A stretch of DNA of 47,770 nucleotides, taken from Octopus bimaculoides. Taxonomy: Eukaryota. Location: the NCBI RefSeq assembly GCF_001194135.2, contig NC_068994.1:7058407-7106176 (forward strand), in the 5' to 3' direction. Of this stretch, positions 11,775 through 23,257 are shown piece after piece. Below the pieces are notes generated by a model, which saw nothing but the letters and a program-made list of their open reading frames with translations, was not told the origin of the DNA and did not search any database. The number at the start of each line of letters is the position of its first letter. The first letter of the stretch is position 1. The position numbers and the translations under genes were made by a program.

Positions 11775-12495
11775 ACATTTATAGAAACATGTGCATGCAC
11801 ACACACACATGTACATATGCAAGCACTTGTGCATAGGAAGATACACACACACATACCACACGTACATACATGCACACATACATGTATGCACATTACATGT
11901 ATGCGCATTACATGTATACACATACATACATATACACACACACATACACACCCATACATGAACACTCACATATATAGAGTCACACATACATACATATATA
12001 CATACATACATATGTAAGAACACACATACATGCAAGCACACATACATATAAACACATACATATAAACACACACATACAAACTCTCANNNNNNNNNNGCAA
12101 GCACACATACATATAAACACATACATATAAACACACACATACAAACTCTCATGTATGTAGGATCACATGCATACAAGCATACATATACATAGATACATAC
12201 ACACACACACATACATGCATACATATACACACACATAGATACATACATACATACATGCATACATATACATACATACATGCACACACATACATACATATAT
12301 ACATACGTGCATATAAGCATGTATACATACATTCATACATACATACGCACATACACACACAGACATACATACATGCATACATGCATACACACCTATATAG
12401 GAACACATATGTACATGCATACACATGCATACGTACTTTCATAACACACACATACACTATACACACACACATGCATGCATACACATGTACACATA
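11775..12495. repeat. imperfect (CA/CATA)n low-complexity array
   Basis: Direct reading. Confidence 0.9.
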
Positions 12496-12988
12496 AATGC
12501 CACGGTGATTCTCAGAAACTGTACGAAGCTCAGTCTCACTCGACCACAAATCAATCAGGCTTTATAAAAAGATTTCAGCTAAGAACTGCTCAATACTTGG
12601 CATGTTTCACTATGAAGTCAGATTGAGGGGTGGGGGTGAGTAGGACTGGACGGTGGAAGTAAAGATATCGGGGGTTAGGATGGAGAAGAGAAGCGGAGTG
12701 TAAATGGTATGGATGGTGGTGGTGGTGGTGGTCTTTTATGTATTGCTGTCAAGTGTTTCATTTTAGCTTGTTTTCTGTAGGTAAAGCTATGTGTATATTC
12801 ATATGTGTGTGTATGTGCATATACATACAGATGTATACACTCACAGGCACACATGCACATACAGACACATGTGCACATGCAAACATATATTCTATATATG
12901 TATATATATTTCCTTATATACAAATACATACATATATATATATGTATGTATGTATGTATGTGTGTGTGTATATATATATATATATATC

Positions 12989-13277
12989 AGTGCCCCTGGA
13001 CTGGCTCTTGTGCAGGTGGCACATAAAATACACCATTTTGAGTGTGGCCGTTGCCAGTACCTCCTGACTGGCCTTCGTGCGGGTGAAACGTAAAAGCACC
13101 CACTACACTCTCAGAGTGGTTGGCGTTAGGAAGGGCGTCCAGCTGTAGAAACTCTGCCAAATCAGATTGGAGCCAGGTGTAGCCATCCGGTTTCACCAGT
13201 CCTCAGTCAAATCGTCCAACCCATGGTAGCATGGAAAGCGGACTTTAAACGACGACGATGATGATGATGATGATGAT
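12989..13277 (+). mobile_element. SINE-like family C ending in a (GAT)n tail
   Basis: gagtggttggcgttaggaagggcgtccagctgtagaaac...caacccatggtagcatggaaagcggactttaaacgacgacgatgatgatg. The reverse copy is at 28401-28578. Confidence 0.85.
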
Positions 13278-13326
13278 ATATATATATGTATATATATATA
13301 TATATGTATGTATATATATGTAAGTA

Positions 13327-13590
13327 TATGGGGAACTTATTAGTGGAAAGAGACCCCGGCAGAAACCAAGGCTGCGATTTAAGGACTGTGTCAAGTCCTG
13401 TGATGTGCAGGAGACCGACTGGGAGATCAATGCCTGTCATTGCCACTGATGGAGGAGGCAGGTTAAGGAGGAGATCAACAGCTTTGAAAGAGCATGAATT
13501 CTGCCTGAAGAATTTAAGCGTGCTGCTCAAAAGCACACTGCTAATGTAGTGAATGGGGAAAGCTTGGTTTGCAATGTTTGCAGTAACTTG
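13327..13590 (+). mobile_element. RTE-clade (BovB-like) ORF C-terminal fragment
   Basis: Manual translation YGELISGKRPRQKPRLRFKDCVK...W..W...LVCNVC matches the RTE YGELxxGKRxxGRPxLRxKD motif and the terminal Cys knuckle. Two in-frame stops. Confidence 0.75.
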
Positions 13591-13599
13591 GCGACCTCG

Positions 13600-13798
13600 C
13601 TAGTGAGGGTACCGTGAAAAAATAAAGGCACCCTGTAAATAAAAATACACTGTGAAATGGATGGTGTTAGAAAGTGAATCCAGCCATAGAAACCATGCCG
13701 AAGCTGACATCAACGCAGATCTGTTGCTAATCAGATCCTGTTAAACTATCCAATCTGAAACTAGCATGGAAAACAGACGTTAAAAGATGATGATGATG
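13600..13798 (+). mobile_element. degenerate family C copy
   Basis: Ends ctagcatggaaaacagacgttaaaagatgatgatgatg. Confidence 0.65.
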
Positions 13799-13799
13799 T

Positions 13800-13836
<37 letters not shown>

Positions 13837-13863
13837 TCGATAGATAGGCAGATNNNNNNNNNN

Positions 13864-13901
<38 letters not shown>

Positions 13902-14004
13902 TCGATAGATAGGCAGATATACATACATCGTTTCTATGTTTGTTTTTCGTTGTTCGAAATATATATATACGTATATATATATAGAGAGAGAGACAGACAG
14001 ACAG

Positions 14005-14039
<35 letters not shown>

Positions 14040-14509
14040 AACAGACAGACAGACAGATATATATATANNNNNNNNNNNNNNNNNNNNNNNNNNNNNNNNN
14101 NNNNNNNNNNNNNNNNNNNNNNNNNNNNNNNNNNNNNNNNNNNNNNNNNNNNNNNNNNNNNNNNNNNNNNNNNNNNNNNNNNNNNNNNNNNNNNNNNNNN
14201 NNNNNNNNNNNNNNNNNNNNNNNNNNNNNNNNNNNNNNNNNNNNNNNNNNNNNNNNNNNNNNNNNNNNNNNNNNNNNNNNNNNNNNNNNNNNNNNNNNNN
14301 NNNNNNNNNNNNNNNNNNNNNNNNNNNNNNNNNNNNNNNNNNNNNNNNNNNNNNNNNNNNNNNNNNNNNNNNNNNNNNNNNNNNNNNNNNNNNNNNNNNN
14401 NNNNNNNNNNNNNNNNNNNNNNNNNNNNNNNNNNNNNNNNNNNNNNNNNNNNNNNNNNNNNNNNNNNNNNNNNNNNNNNNNNNNNNNNNNNNNNNNNNNN
14501 NNNNNNNNN

Positions 14510-14517
14510 ATATATAT

Positions 14518-14574
<57 letters not shown>

Positions 14575-14590
14575 CAGATAGATAGACAGA
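14510..14590. repeat. (AGAT)n microsatellite
   Basis: Direct reading. Confidence 0.95.
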
Positions 14591-15030
14591 CATGTGTTGT
14601 ACAGGATGTACTTTTAAGTGACAGAACAGTATACAAGAACTAGAGAGATTTATAAATAACGGTAATCCTTTCCCACTGCTAACAGAGGGATAAGGCTCTC
14701 TCAGAATCGCAGAACCACACCAGCCGACTGTCCCATCTACTCCATCTGCTCCTCTGTTCTGGTCTATCTAGTTGTACCAGTTTCCAAATAAAAGAATGGA
14801 TACAATAAAATAACATGAAATCTTCCAATCAATAGCTATGTCAGAATAATATCTTGGTTTCTCTGCTTGTTTGGTTATAATCACCCTGACTTGTTATGTT
14901 AGGAAATGGAACGTTGTGGGCTTTTTTTTTTTTTTTAATGCAAATTTATATTAGGTTTTTTTTTTTGGTTTTGTTTTATGTCTAAACGTTTGAGAAGATT
15001 TATTGTTAATAAGATTACATTTATTTATTT

Positions 15031-15092
15031 CATCATCATCATCACCATCGTCATTTAACGTCTGCTTTCCATGCTGGCATGGGTTAGACGGT
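15031..15092 (-). mobile_element. family C 3' tail fragment
   Basis: catcatc...atttaacgtctgctttccatgctggcatgggttagacgg. Confidence 0.75.
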
Positions 15093-15137
15093 TATTTATC
15101 ATTATTAATTATCATCATCATCATCATCATCATTATC

Positions 15138-15167
<30 letters not shown>

Positions 15168-15168
<1 letters not shown>

Positions 15169-15388
15169 AGGTGGTGACTTGGCAGAATTGTTAGCATGCT
15201 GGGCAAAACACTTAGCAGAATTTCATCTGTCGCTACGTTCTGAGTTCAAATCCCGCTGAGGTCGACTTTGCCTTTTGTCCTTTGGGGTGGGGGGCATGAA
15301 ATAAGTATCAGTCAAGGTTGGGGTTGATGTAATCGACTTAATAGCCTTGTTTGTCCCCTCTATGATTAGGCCCTTGTGGGTAATAAAG

Positions 15389-15392
<4 letters not shown>
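15168..15392 (+). mobile_element. SINE family D, full length
   Basis: aaggtggtgacttggcagaattgttagc...gttctgagttcaaatcccgctgaggtcgactttgcc...ccttgtgggtaataaagaaata. Confidence 0.85.
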
Positions 15393-15429
<37 letters not shown>

Positions 15430-15460
15430 AATTTTGTAAACTTCATGAACTGAACTTTGT

Positions 15461-15596
15461 AAATCTCTGAAGAGGCCTAGAGAATCATGTATGTATCTCC
15501 ATTGCATCCTTTTCATCTACCAATTACTCCAGCTTACTGGAGTTATATAGATAGAATGGGGCATGCCACCTCTAGGCCGAAACAGCTGTAAGACTT
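15461..15596 (+). ncRNA. minimal type I hammerhead ribozyme (Penelope/retrozyme-type), predicted GUA cleavage after 15590
   Basis: CTGAAGA (15467-73); 9-bp stem II GGCCTAGAG (15474-82) pairing with CTCTAGGCC (15570-78); GAAAC (15579-83); palindromic loop AGCT; GTA; stem I aaatct/agactt with 5 of 6 pairs. Confidence 0.75.
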
Positions 15597-16579
15597 TTTA
15601 ATTTTTAATTGTTGATATGACATAGTGTGTCACATGTGTTTGTATATTGTCTTTATTGTCCTTTTGGTTGAAAAATAAATAGGTTAATTAACATAGTACA
15701 GTGTCTGCAAGTTGATGAGTACCACATATTCCCNNNNNNNNNNNNNNNNNNNNNNNNNNNNNNNNNNNNNNNNNNNNNNNNNNNNNNNNNNNNNNNNNNN
15801 NNNNNNNNNNNNNNNNNNNNNNNNNNNNNNNNNNNNNNNNNNNNNNNNNNNNNNNNNNNNNNNNNNNNNNNNNNNNNNNNNNNNNNNNNNNNNNNNNNNN
15901 NNNNNNNNNNNNNNNNNNNNNNNNNNNNNNNNNNNNNNNNNNNNNNNNNNNNNNNNNNNNNNNNNNNNNNNNNNNNNNNNNNNNNNNNNNNNNNNNNNNN
16001 NNNNNNNNNNNNNNNNNNNNNNNNNNNNNNNNNNNNNNNNNNNNNNNNNNNNNNNNNNNNNNNNNNNNNNNNNNNNNNNNNNNNNNNNNNNNNNNNNNNN
16101 NNNNNNNNNNNNNNNNNNNNNNNNNNNNNNNNNNNNNNNNNNNNNNNNNNNNNNNNNNNNNNNNNNNNNNNNNNNNNNNNNNNNNNNNNNNNNNNNNNNN
16201 NNNNNNNNNNNNNNNNNNNNNNNNNNNNNNNNNNNNNNNNNNNNNNNNNNNNNNNNNNNNNNNNNNNNNNNNNNNNNNNNNNNNNNNNNNNNNNNNNNNN
16301 NNNNNNNNNNNNNNNNNNNNNNNNNNNNNNNNNNNNNNNNNNNNNNNNNNNNNNNNNNNNNNNNNNNTATTTCCTAAACTTACCAAAATATCTGCAATGA
16401 CTGAAGAAAAAAACAAACGACCAGAGCCAGGGAGTCGAACCCCCACCCTAGGAAATTGCCATAACCTGTCCGGTTGTCTTTGTAGTATCCCTCTCTCTCA
16501 GTCCAGACCCTTATGTCCATTACACATACTGGCCACTGTATATCCTCCAGCCTCTCATCTAAACCTCCCAACCAACTCC

Positions 16580-16751
16580 CCTCCCCCTCTCACTCTTTGT
16601 CTCTCCCTCTCTCTCTTTCCCTCACCCCTCTCTGCCATGCTCTCCCTCTCTCTCTCTTTCCCTTACCCCTCTCTTTTCCTCCTCCTCTCCCTTCCCCTTT
16701 CCCCCACTTTCCTCTCTCTCTCTTTCTCTCTTCCTCACTTTCCTTTCTCTC

Positions 16752-16812
<61 letters not shown>
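16580..16812. repeat. pyrimidine tract ending in (CT)n
   Basis: Direct reading. Confidence 0.9.
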
Positions 16813-17833
16813 NNNNNNNNNNNNNNNNNNNNNNNNNNNNNNNNNNNNNNNNNNNNNNNNNNNNNNNNNNNNNNNNNNNNNNNNNNNNNNNNNNNNNNNN
16901 NNNNNNNNNNNNNNNNNNNNNNNNNNNNNNNNNNNNNNNNNNNNNNNNNNNNNNNNNNNNNNNNNNNNNNNNNNNNNNNNNNNNNNNNNNNNNNNNNNNN
17001 NNNNNNNNNNNNNNNNNNNNNNNNNNNNNNNNNNNNNNNNNNNNNNNNNNNNNNNNNNNNNNNNNNNNNNNNNNNNNNNNNNNNNNNNNNNNNNNNNNNN
17101 NNNNNNNNNNNNNNNNNNNNNNNNNNNNNNNNNNNNNNNNNNNNNNNNNNNNNNNNNNNNNNNNNNNNNNNNNNNNNNNNNNNNNNNNNNNNNNNNNNNN
17201 NNNNNNNNNNNNNNNNNNNNNNNNNNNNNNNNNNNNNNNNNNNNNNNNNNNNNNNNNNNNNNNNNNNNNNNNNNNNNNNNNNNNNNNNNNNNNNNNNNNN
17301 NNNNNNNNNNNNNNNNNNNNNNNNNNNNNNNNNNNNNNNNNNNNNNNNNNNNNNNNNNNNNNNNNNNNNNNNNNNNNNNNNNNNNNNNNNNNNNNNNNNN
17401 NNNNNNNNNNNNNNNNNNNNNNNNNNNNNNNNNNNNNNNNNNNNNNNNNNNNNNNNNNNNNNNNNNNNNNNNNNNNNNNNNNNNNNNNNNNNNNNNNCCT
17501 CTTAATGGAAACCTTACCTGTTGTCATTGTGGCTATGAATGTTAGTATGACACTACAATGGTATTATTACAATGGTAGGAACGGTATTATGACACTGCAG
17601 TAATAATACAATGGTGGGAATGTTAGTATGACACTGCAGTTGTAATACAGAGCTATAAATGTTAGTACGGCACTACAATGGTAATACAGTAGAGTGAGTG
17701 TTAGCATGACAGTGCAGCGGTAATACCAACTGTAGGAATGTCAATATGACACTGTATACTGACATTCCTATGACTGTATGACTACTGCAGTGTCATAATA
17801 ACATTCCTACCCTTGTAATACAATCATATGATA

Positions 17834-17894
17834 CTGTCTGGAATCAAACTCGGAATCTTGGGGTTAGTAGCCCGAGCTCTTAACCACTACGCCA
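17834..17894 (-). mobile_element. tRNA-like SINE head (family F)
   Basis: The minus strand reads tggcgtagtggttaagagctcgggctactaaccccaagattccgagtttgattccagacag (A box and B box). No complete acceptor stem. Confidence 0.65.
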
Positions 17895-17934
17895 TATAAC
17901 AATAATAACATCGCCATATGATAATAATAACATC

Positions 17935-18097
17935 AAAAAACGAAAAGCTGTTGAAAACCGATTATAGCAGCGACTCCATCTAAGAATATCTGAAGGAATT
18001 GTATTCCGAAATATCATCAGACTATGGATAACTAAATTACAACAGGTATATAGTCCATTTTTTGTATTATAGTGCACTGTTGTACCATTCAAAACTT
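17935..18097 (+). mobile_element. possible Penelope-like terminal repeat remnant with decayed hammerhead
   Basis: ctgaa-GGAA-ttgta-TTCC-gaaa at 17990-18011 lacks the G8/A9 core bases. 18023-18097 is homologous to the 9820-9936 hairpin element. Confidence 0.4.
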
Positions 18098-18679
18098 TTT
18101 ATTCTTTTGTGCAATGAATGTTTGTATGGCACAACAATGGTATTACAAGGGTAGGAATGTTATTATGACACTGCAGTTTGTCATACAGTCGTAAAAATGT
18201 CAGTATGACACTGCAGTGGTAATACAACAGACTGAATGTTAGTATGACTCTAGAATGGTAACACAGTAAAGTGAATGTTAGTACGACACCACAGTTTTAA
18301 CAGAATGGTAGGAATGTCAGTATGACACTGCAATTGTTATACAGGGCTTTGAATGTTAGTATGACACCAGAGTGATAACACAATGGTAGGAATGTTAGTA
18401 TGACACTGCAGTGGTAATACAGTGTTCAGCAGAACCGTAGAAAGAACAGCACCGAAGACTATTGAAAGTGCATCTGCATCTTTCTCTGCAATCTGCTGCA
18501 CTTGACTGCTTGCTAAATTAATCAATATTTGATCCTAATATTTTACAATTCTCTCTCTCTCTCTCCCTGTTTTTTCTCCCCACTCTCTCTCTCTCACTCT
18601 TTGTCCTTTTCCTCTCTCTCTTTTGTTTTCATCTTTTTTCCCTTTTCACTTTTCTCTCTGTTACTATCAACAACACTTC

Positions 18680-19115
18680 TACAACAACTACTACTACTAC
18701 TACTACTGCTGCTACAAATACTAGCACCACTTCCACCATCATCACCACCCTCACCTTCACTAGTATCCCCCCCCCCACCACGTCACTACCACTACTGTAA
18801 CAACACAATTACAAGCACGACCACCATCAGCACCACTGCCACCTCCACCACCATCATCATCATCACTGGTTGCCCCTGCACTGTTGCTATCATTACTCCA
18901 CAACACCACCATCACCATCACCATCACTATGACTACCACAGTCACTACAACCATCACTACAACTACAACCACCATCATCACCACCAGCATCACCACCACA
19001 CCATCACACCACAATCATCACCAACACCACTACCACTATGACTACTATCACCACCATCAACGCCACCACAACCACCACCACCACCACCACCACCACCACC
19101 ATCACCACAACCACC
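18680..19115. repeat. compound (ACT/ACC/ATC/AAC)n trinucleotide array
   Basis: Direct reading. Confidence 0.9.
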
Positions 19116-19461
19116 ACTGTCGCAAAGCCGAAATTTTCCCCTCTTCCAAACTGACCTTAATTTGTAACTAGTTTTAGCTGACCCCTTAAAACTTTCCCTT
19201 CCTTTTTTTTTTTAGTCTCAATCTAGTTTGACTGGTAGCAGCTGCACAAACATTAAACAGCCACTGCCCAGTTGTAGCTTGCTGCACATAACTGATGCAC
19301 AAAAAGAAATGTCAAAATCAAATCTGCAATGCAGTTTGCTGTGTGAATTTATGAGAATGCCAAAAACAAAGGTGAATGAATTTCTAGCTTGCTCTTAGCA
19401 GTGTTACCTCTTCTTGGTAATGTTGTTGTTGCTCTTGTTGTTATTTAGCTCTAAGGAATCC

Positions 19462-19668
19462 TTAATCCCAAAGTATTTAAACCAACCACATCTGGCCCAA
19501 GTATTCCACTTGTTTTACGTTCAATCTGGCCAGATTCAACTTCTCACACCTACCCTGCATTGGCATTTGCTCCAGCATGACTACTGCTTATTAGCTGAAA
19601 CCGGTTCGGTTCAATTCATCATTGAAATCTCAAAGCTATGAGATAATGCAAGATTAATTCAAAACAAT
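19462..19668. mobile_element. piggyBac-type MITE family 2 (degenerate, partial)
   Basis: aaatctcaaagctatgagataatgcaagattaattcaaaacaat and cacctaccctg are reverse homologs of 42250-42345. Confidence 0.6.
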
Positions 19669-19670
19669 TT

Positions 19671-19781
19671 ACTCTTTTACTTGTTTCAATCATTTGACTG
19701 CGGCCATGCTGGAGCACTGCCTCAAGTCGAGCAAATCGACCCCAGGACTTATTCTTTGTAAGCCTAGTACTTATTCTATCG
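19671..19781 (-). mobile_element. SINE family B, 3' part
   Basis: Near-identical to 7960-8070. Confidence 0.85.
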
Positions 19782-19782
19782 T

Positions 19783-19980
19783 CGAATCACCCTCTTAGAG
19801 TTATCAGAGGATGTGCAGATTAGTTACGGTTCAGTTCAGTCCATTATCCCTGAAGATTTGGGTATGGGACACTTATCTGCCAAGTTTATGCAAAAAAACT
19901 GCTTTCAGCTGACCAAAAAGACACTCAGGTTTCAGTTGCACAAGATCTCCTTGATTGTGTCGAGAATGATGAAAACTTTT
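19783..19980 (+). mobile_element. mariner transposase fragment (HTH/linker region)
   Basis: Translation RITLLELSEDVQISYGSVQSIIPEDLGMGHLSAKF(fs)LLSADQKDTQVSVAQDLLDCVENDENF matches the mariner I..DLGMxxVxAKFVPxLL..QK pattern. Confidence 0.75.
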
Positions 19981-20109
19981 AGTAAACTTTGCGTAGGCCT
20001 CTGAACAGGTATTGCCAACCCTTTTACCAAAGTTTGATGCAGATTCTCTGCTCAACATTCTCTGTCATGGTCTATGCGATGATCACACATAATGTTAGGA
20101 AAATGAAGA

Positions 20110-20514
20110 ACTGATGGTGATGATGTTGGTGGTGGTGGTGGTGGTGATTATGGTAGAGGGGCAGGTGATCATGGTGTGATGATGACAGTGATAATGTCAG
20201 CGATGAAGACAAAGACAACAACAACAACAACAGCAATGACAATAAACAGAAGAAAGAGGGATGGAGGAAGTTGATGATGATGATGATTGTGATGATGGTG
20301 ATGATGATGATGATGGTGATGGTGATGATGATGATGATGATTGTGATGATGATGAGGAGGAGGAGGAGGAGGAGGATAACGATGATGATGATGATAGCAA
20401 CAAAAATGGTGATGCGGGTGATGACTATGATTATAATGATGATGATGACGATGACGACAATAACAACAACAACAACAATAATGATAAACAGTAAAAGGAC
20501 GGGTGAAAAGGAAA

Positions 20515-20545
<31 letters not shown>

Positions 20546-20574
20546 CAACAACAACGACAACGACGACAATGATA

Positions 20575-20612
<38 letters not shown>

Positions 20613-20615
20613 AAT
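20110..20615. repeat. compound (GAT/GGT/AAC/GAG)n trinucleotide array
   Basis: Direct reading. Confidence 0.9.
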
Positions 20616-21046
20616 GGCATTGCTGACGAAATACCATCATCATTCCGTCTGATCACATGCATTAGTCTAATGTGTGCTGCGTTGGAGAAAGGCCACAGTC
20701 CAGACACACGGACACACGGACACACAATGTCTCCGTCCAAACAGACATGTATTCGTGGGGCCGGTGACTTACAACTGTTGCATCTGGTCGATGTTGATGC
20801 AATTTTATTGCACTGCTGCTGCTGCTTGCATTACTTGTGAATTGTGTGGTTGGAACAGACAGACAAATGCAGACGGGGNNNNNNNNNNNNNNNNNNNNNN
20901 NNNNNNNNNNNNNNNNNNNNNNNNNNNNNNNNNNNNNNNNNNNNNNNNNNNNNNNNNNNNNNNNNNNNNNNNNNNNNNNNNNNNNNNNNNNNNNNNNNNN
21001 NNNNNNNNNNNNNNNNNNNNNNNNNNNNNNNNNNNNNNNNNNNNNN

Positions 21047-21251
21047 GAAACAGGCAGGCAGGCAGGCAGGAAAGGTATGAAGGTATGAAGACAAGCAAAC
21101 AGGTAGGCAGGCAGGCAGGTAGGTAGGTAGTTAGAGACAGAGAGACAAAGAAGAAGATAGAAAGAAAGATGAATAGATAGACAGATGGATAAATAGATGG
21201 ATGGATAGATAGATAGACAGAGAGGGAGAGATAACTAGATGGAGATAGAGA

Positions 21252-21338
<87 letters not shown>

Positions 21339-21990
21339 TAGAGATAGATAGATAGATACATACATACATATATACATACATACATACATACAAAGACAGA
21401 TGGATGGACGGATGGACAGACGGACAGACGGATTGATGGATGGACAGTCAGACTGATAGATAGATAGATATAAAAATAGATAGAGAGAAAGAGAGAGAGA
21501 GACTGATTGATAGAGAGAGAAAGAAAGGGATAGAGAGAGGGAAAGAGGGAGATAGACAGACGGACAGACAGACTGATGAATGGACAAACATGCAGACAGA
21601 TAGACAGGAAGGTAGGCAGACAGAGAGACAGGTACATAGGTTGGCAGGCAAGCAGATAAATAAATAAATAGTCACATGCTAAGAGACATACAGACAGACA
21701 TATACACTGAGAGGTAAGCACAGAAAGAGAGAGAGGGGGAGAGGGTTGCAGAGAGAGATGAAGAGATAGCAAAAAATGTAGGCATATAGACCAGTAGATA
21801 GACATGCGGACAAGGAGACAGACAAATAGAGAGACGGATGGAGAAGTTGTTAGGCAAACAGGTAGGCTGAGTGTCAGTCAGGCAGAGAAGCGGATATATG
21901 GAGGACAGCAAGACTGAGCTGATTAGACATGAGGGACTGGTCATGTGTGATGTAGGCAAGACATGAGATATGTAGAGAGTGAGGGGAGGG

Positions 21991-22034
<44 letters not shown>

Positions 22035-22075
22035 AAATGTATATAGATACACAAACAAATAAATATATATATATA
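21047..22075. repeat. compound (GGCA/GATA/GACA/GA/AT)n array
   Basis: Direct reading. Confidence 0.9.
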
Positions 22076-22080
22076 TATGT

Positions 22081-22335
22081 GTGGAGGCGTGTGGCTTAGT
22101 GGTTAGGGTGTCAGAAACAATGATCGTAAGATTGTGGTTTCGATTCCTGGACCGGGCGACGCGTAGTGTTCTTGAGCAAAACACTTCATTTCAAGTTGCT
22201 CCAGTCCACTCAGCTGGCAAAAATGAGTAACGCTGCGATGGACTGGCGTCCCGTCCAGCTGGGGAACACATACGCCATTGAAACCGGGAAACCGGGCCCA
22301 TGACCCTGGCTAGGCTTTAAAAGGGCGCATTTATT
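22081..22335 (+). mobile_element. tRNA-derived CORE-type SINE
   Basis: Head gtggaggcgtgtggcttagtggttaggg...gtttcgattcct; CORE-like tgttcttgagcaaaacacttc...cagctggcaaaaatgagt; then ctgcgatggactggcgtcccgtccag (22233-58). Confidence 0.8.
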
Positions 22336-22358
22336 TTATTTTATATATAGAGATAGAC

Positions 22359-22396
<38 letters not shown>

Positions 22397-22400
22397 GCAG

Positions 22401-22434
<34 letters not shown>

Positions 22435-22490
22435 AATATGAAACAGACAGAGAAATGGATGGATAGATAGATGGTTAGATAGATAGATAA

Positions 22491-22543
<53 letters not shown>

Positions 22544-22868
22544 AAAAAGTAGTCACAAGCCAGACAGCTTGATGAGGATAAAGTAATATAGCAGAAAAAG
22601 GGAGAGGGGACAGAGGAAGGGAGAGAGAATAGAGGGTAAGAGAATGAAGGTGTAATAGGGAGCAAGCTGAGAAACCCCTAAAGTAAAAAAGAATAAGAAT
22701 ACACACACGTGTGTGTGTATATATGTGCATATTTGTGTATATATATTTATATATATATATATATACCAGTATATCAGCTGAGAACACTTCTGGTTGTATT
22801 GCTATGAATGCAACCAGTTTTCAGAAGCACAATTTATGTCTGTGTGTCTCACATCATATGCATGCATA

Positions 22869-22926
<58 letters not shown>

Positions 22927-23217
22927 CACACACACATACACGCACGCACGCATATGTATATAGTATTTCGAAATATAGCTGCAGCCAACAGGCTGGAACA
23001 AATAAAATGGTGTATTGATTGTCTTTGAATGGTTTTTTGATTCGGTTAGTCTCCAGATTATATTAAGTTAGATGGCTCGAAAGCTTGTTTGTGGAGCACT
23101 CTAGCAGATTCCGGCTTCAAGACATATCCTGGTGTATTTTAAGAAATAATTTATGTGTGTATGTGTATGTATATATATGTATATATCTATATATATCTCT
23201 ATCTCTATATCTATCTA

Positions 23218-23257
<40 letters not shown>

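Larger units (their letters stand above)
17530..18425. repeat. diverged 39-bp satellite (gaatgttagtatgacactgcagtggtaatacaatggtag) in two blocks around an insertion
   Basis: aatgt anchors at 18313, 18352 and 18391 give an exact 39-bp period. About 6 units lie in 17538-17755 and about 7 in 18150-18425. Confidence 0.85.

Noticed and set aside
16368-16600. Sequence after the gap as the ORF of the hammerhead-bearing element
   Set aside because: No RT or GIY-YIG motif in the three plus-strand frames I translated, so it cannot be linked.
17530-18425. Regular 39-bp repeats as a possible CRISPR array
   Set aside because: The units are contiguous and diverged, with no unique spacers and no cas genes, in a eukaryotic context.
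18680-20615. Complementary trinucleotide blocks (ACC/ATC then GGT/GAT) that could pair
   Set aside because: Both repeat types are ubiquitous here, and complementarity is compositional rather than sequence-specific.
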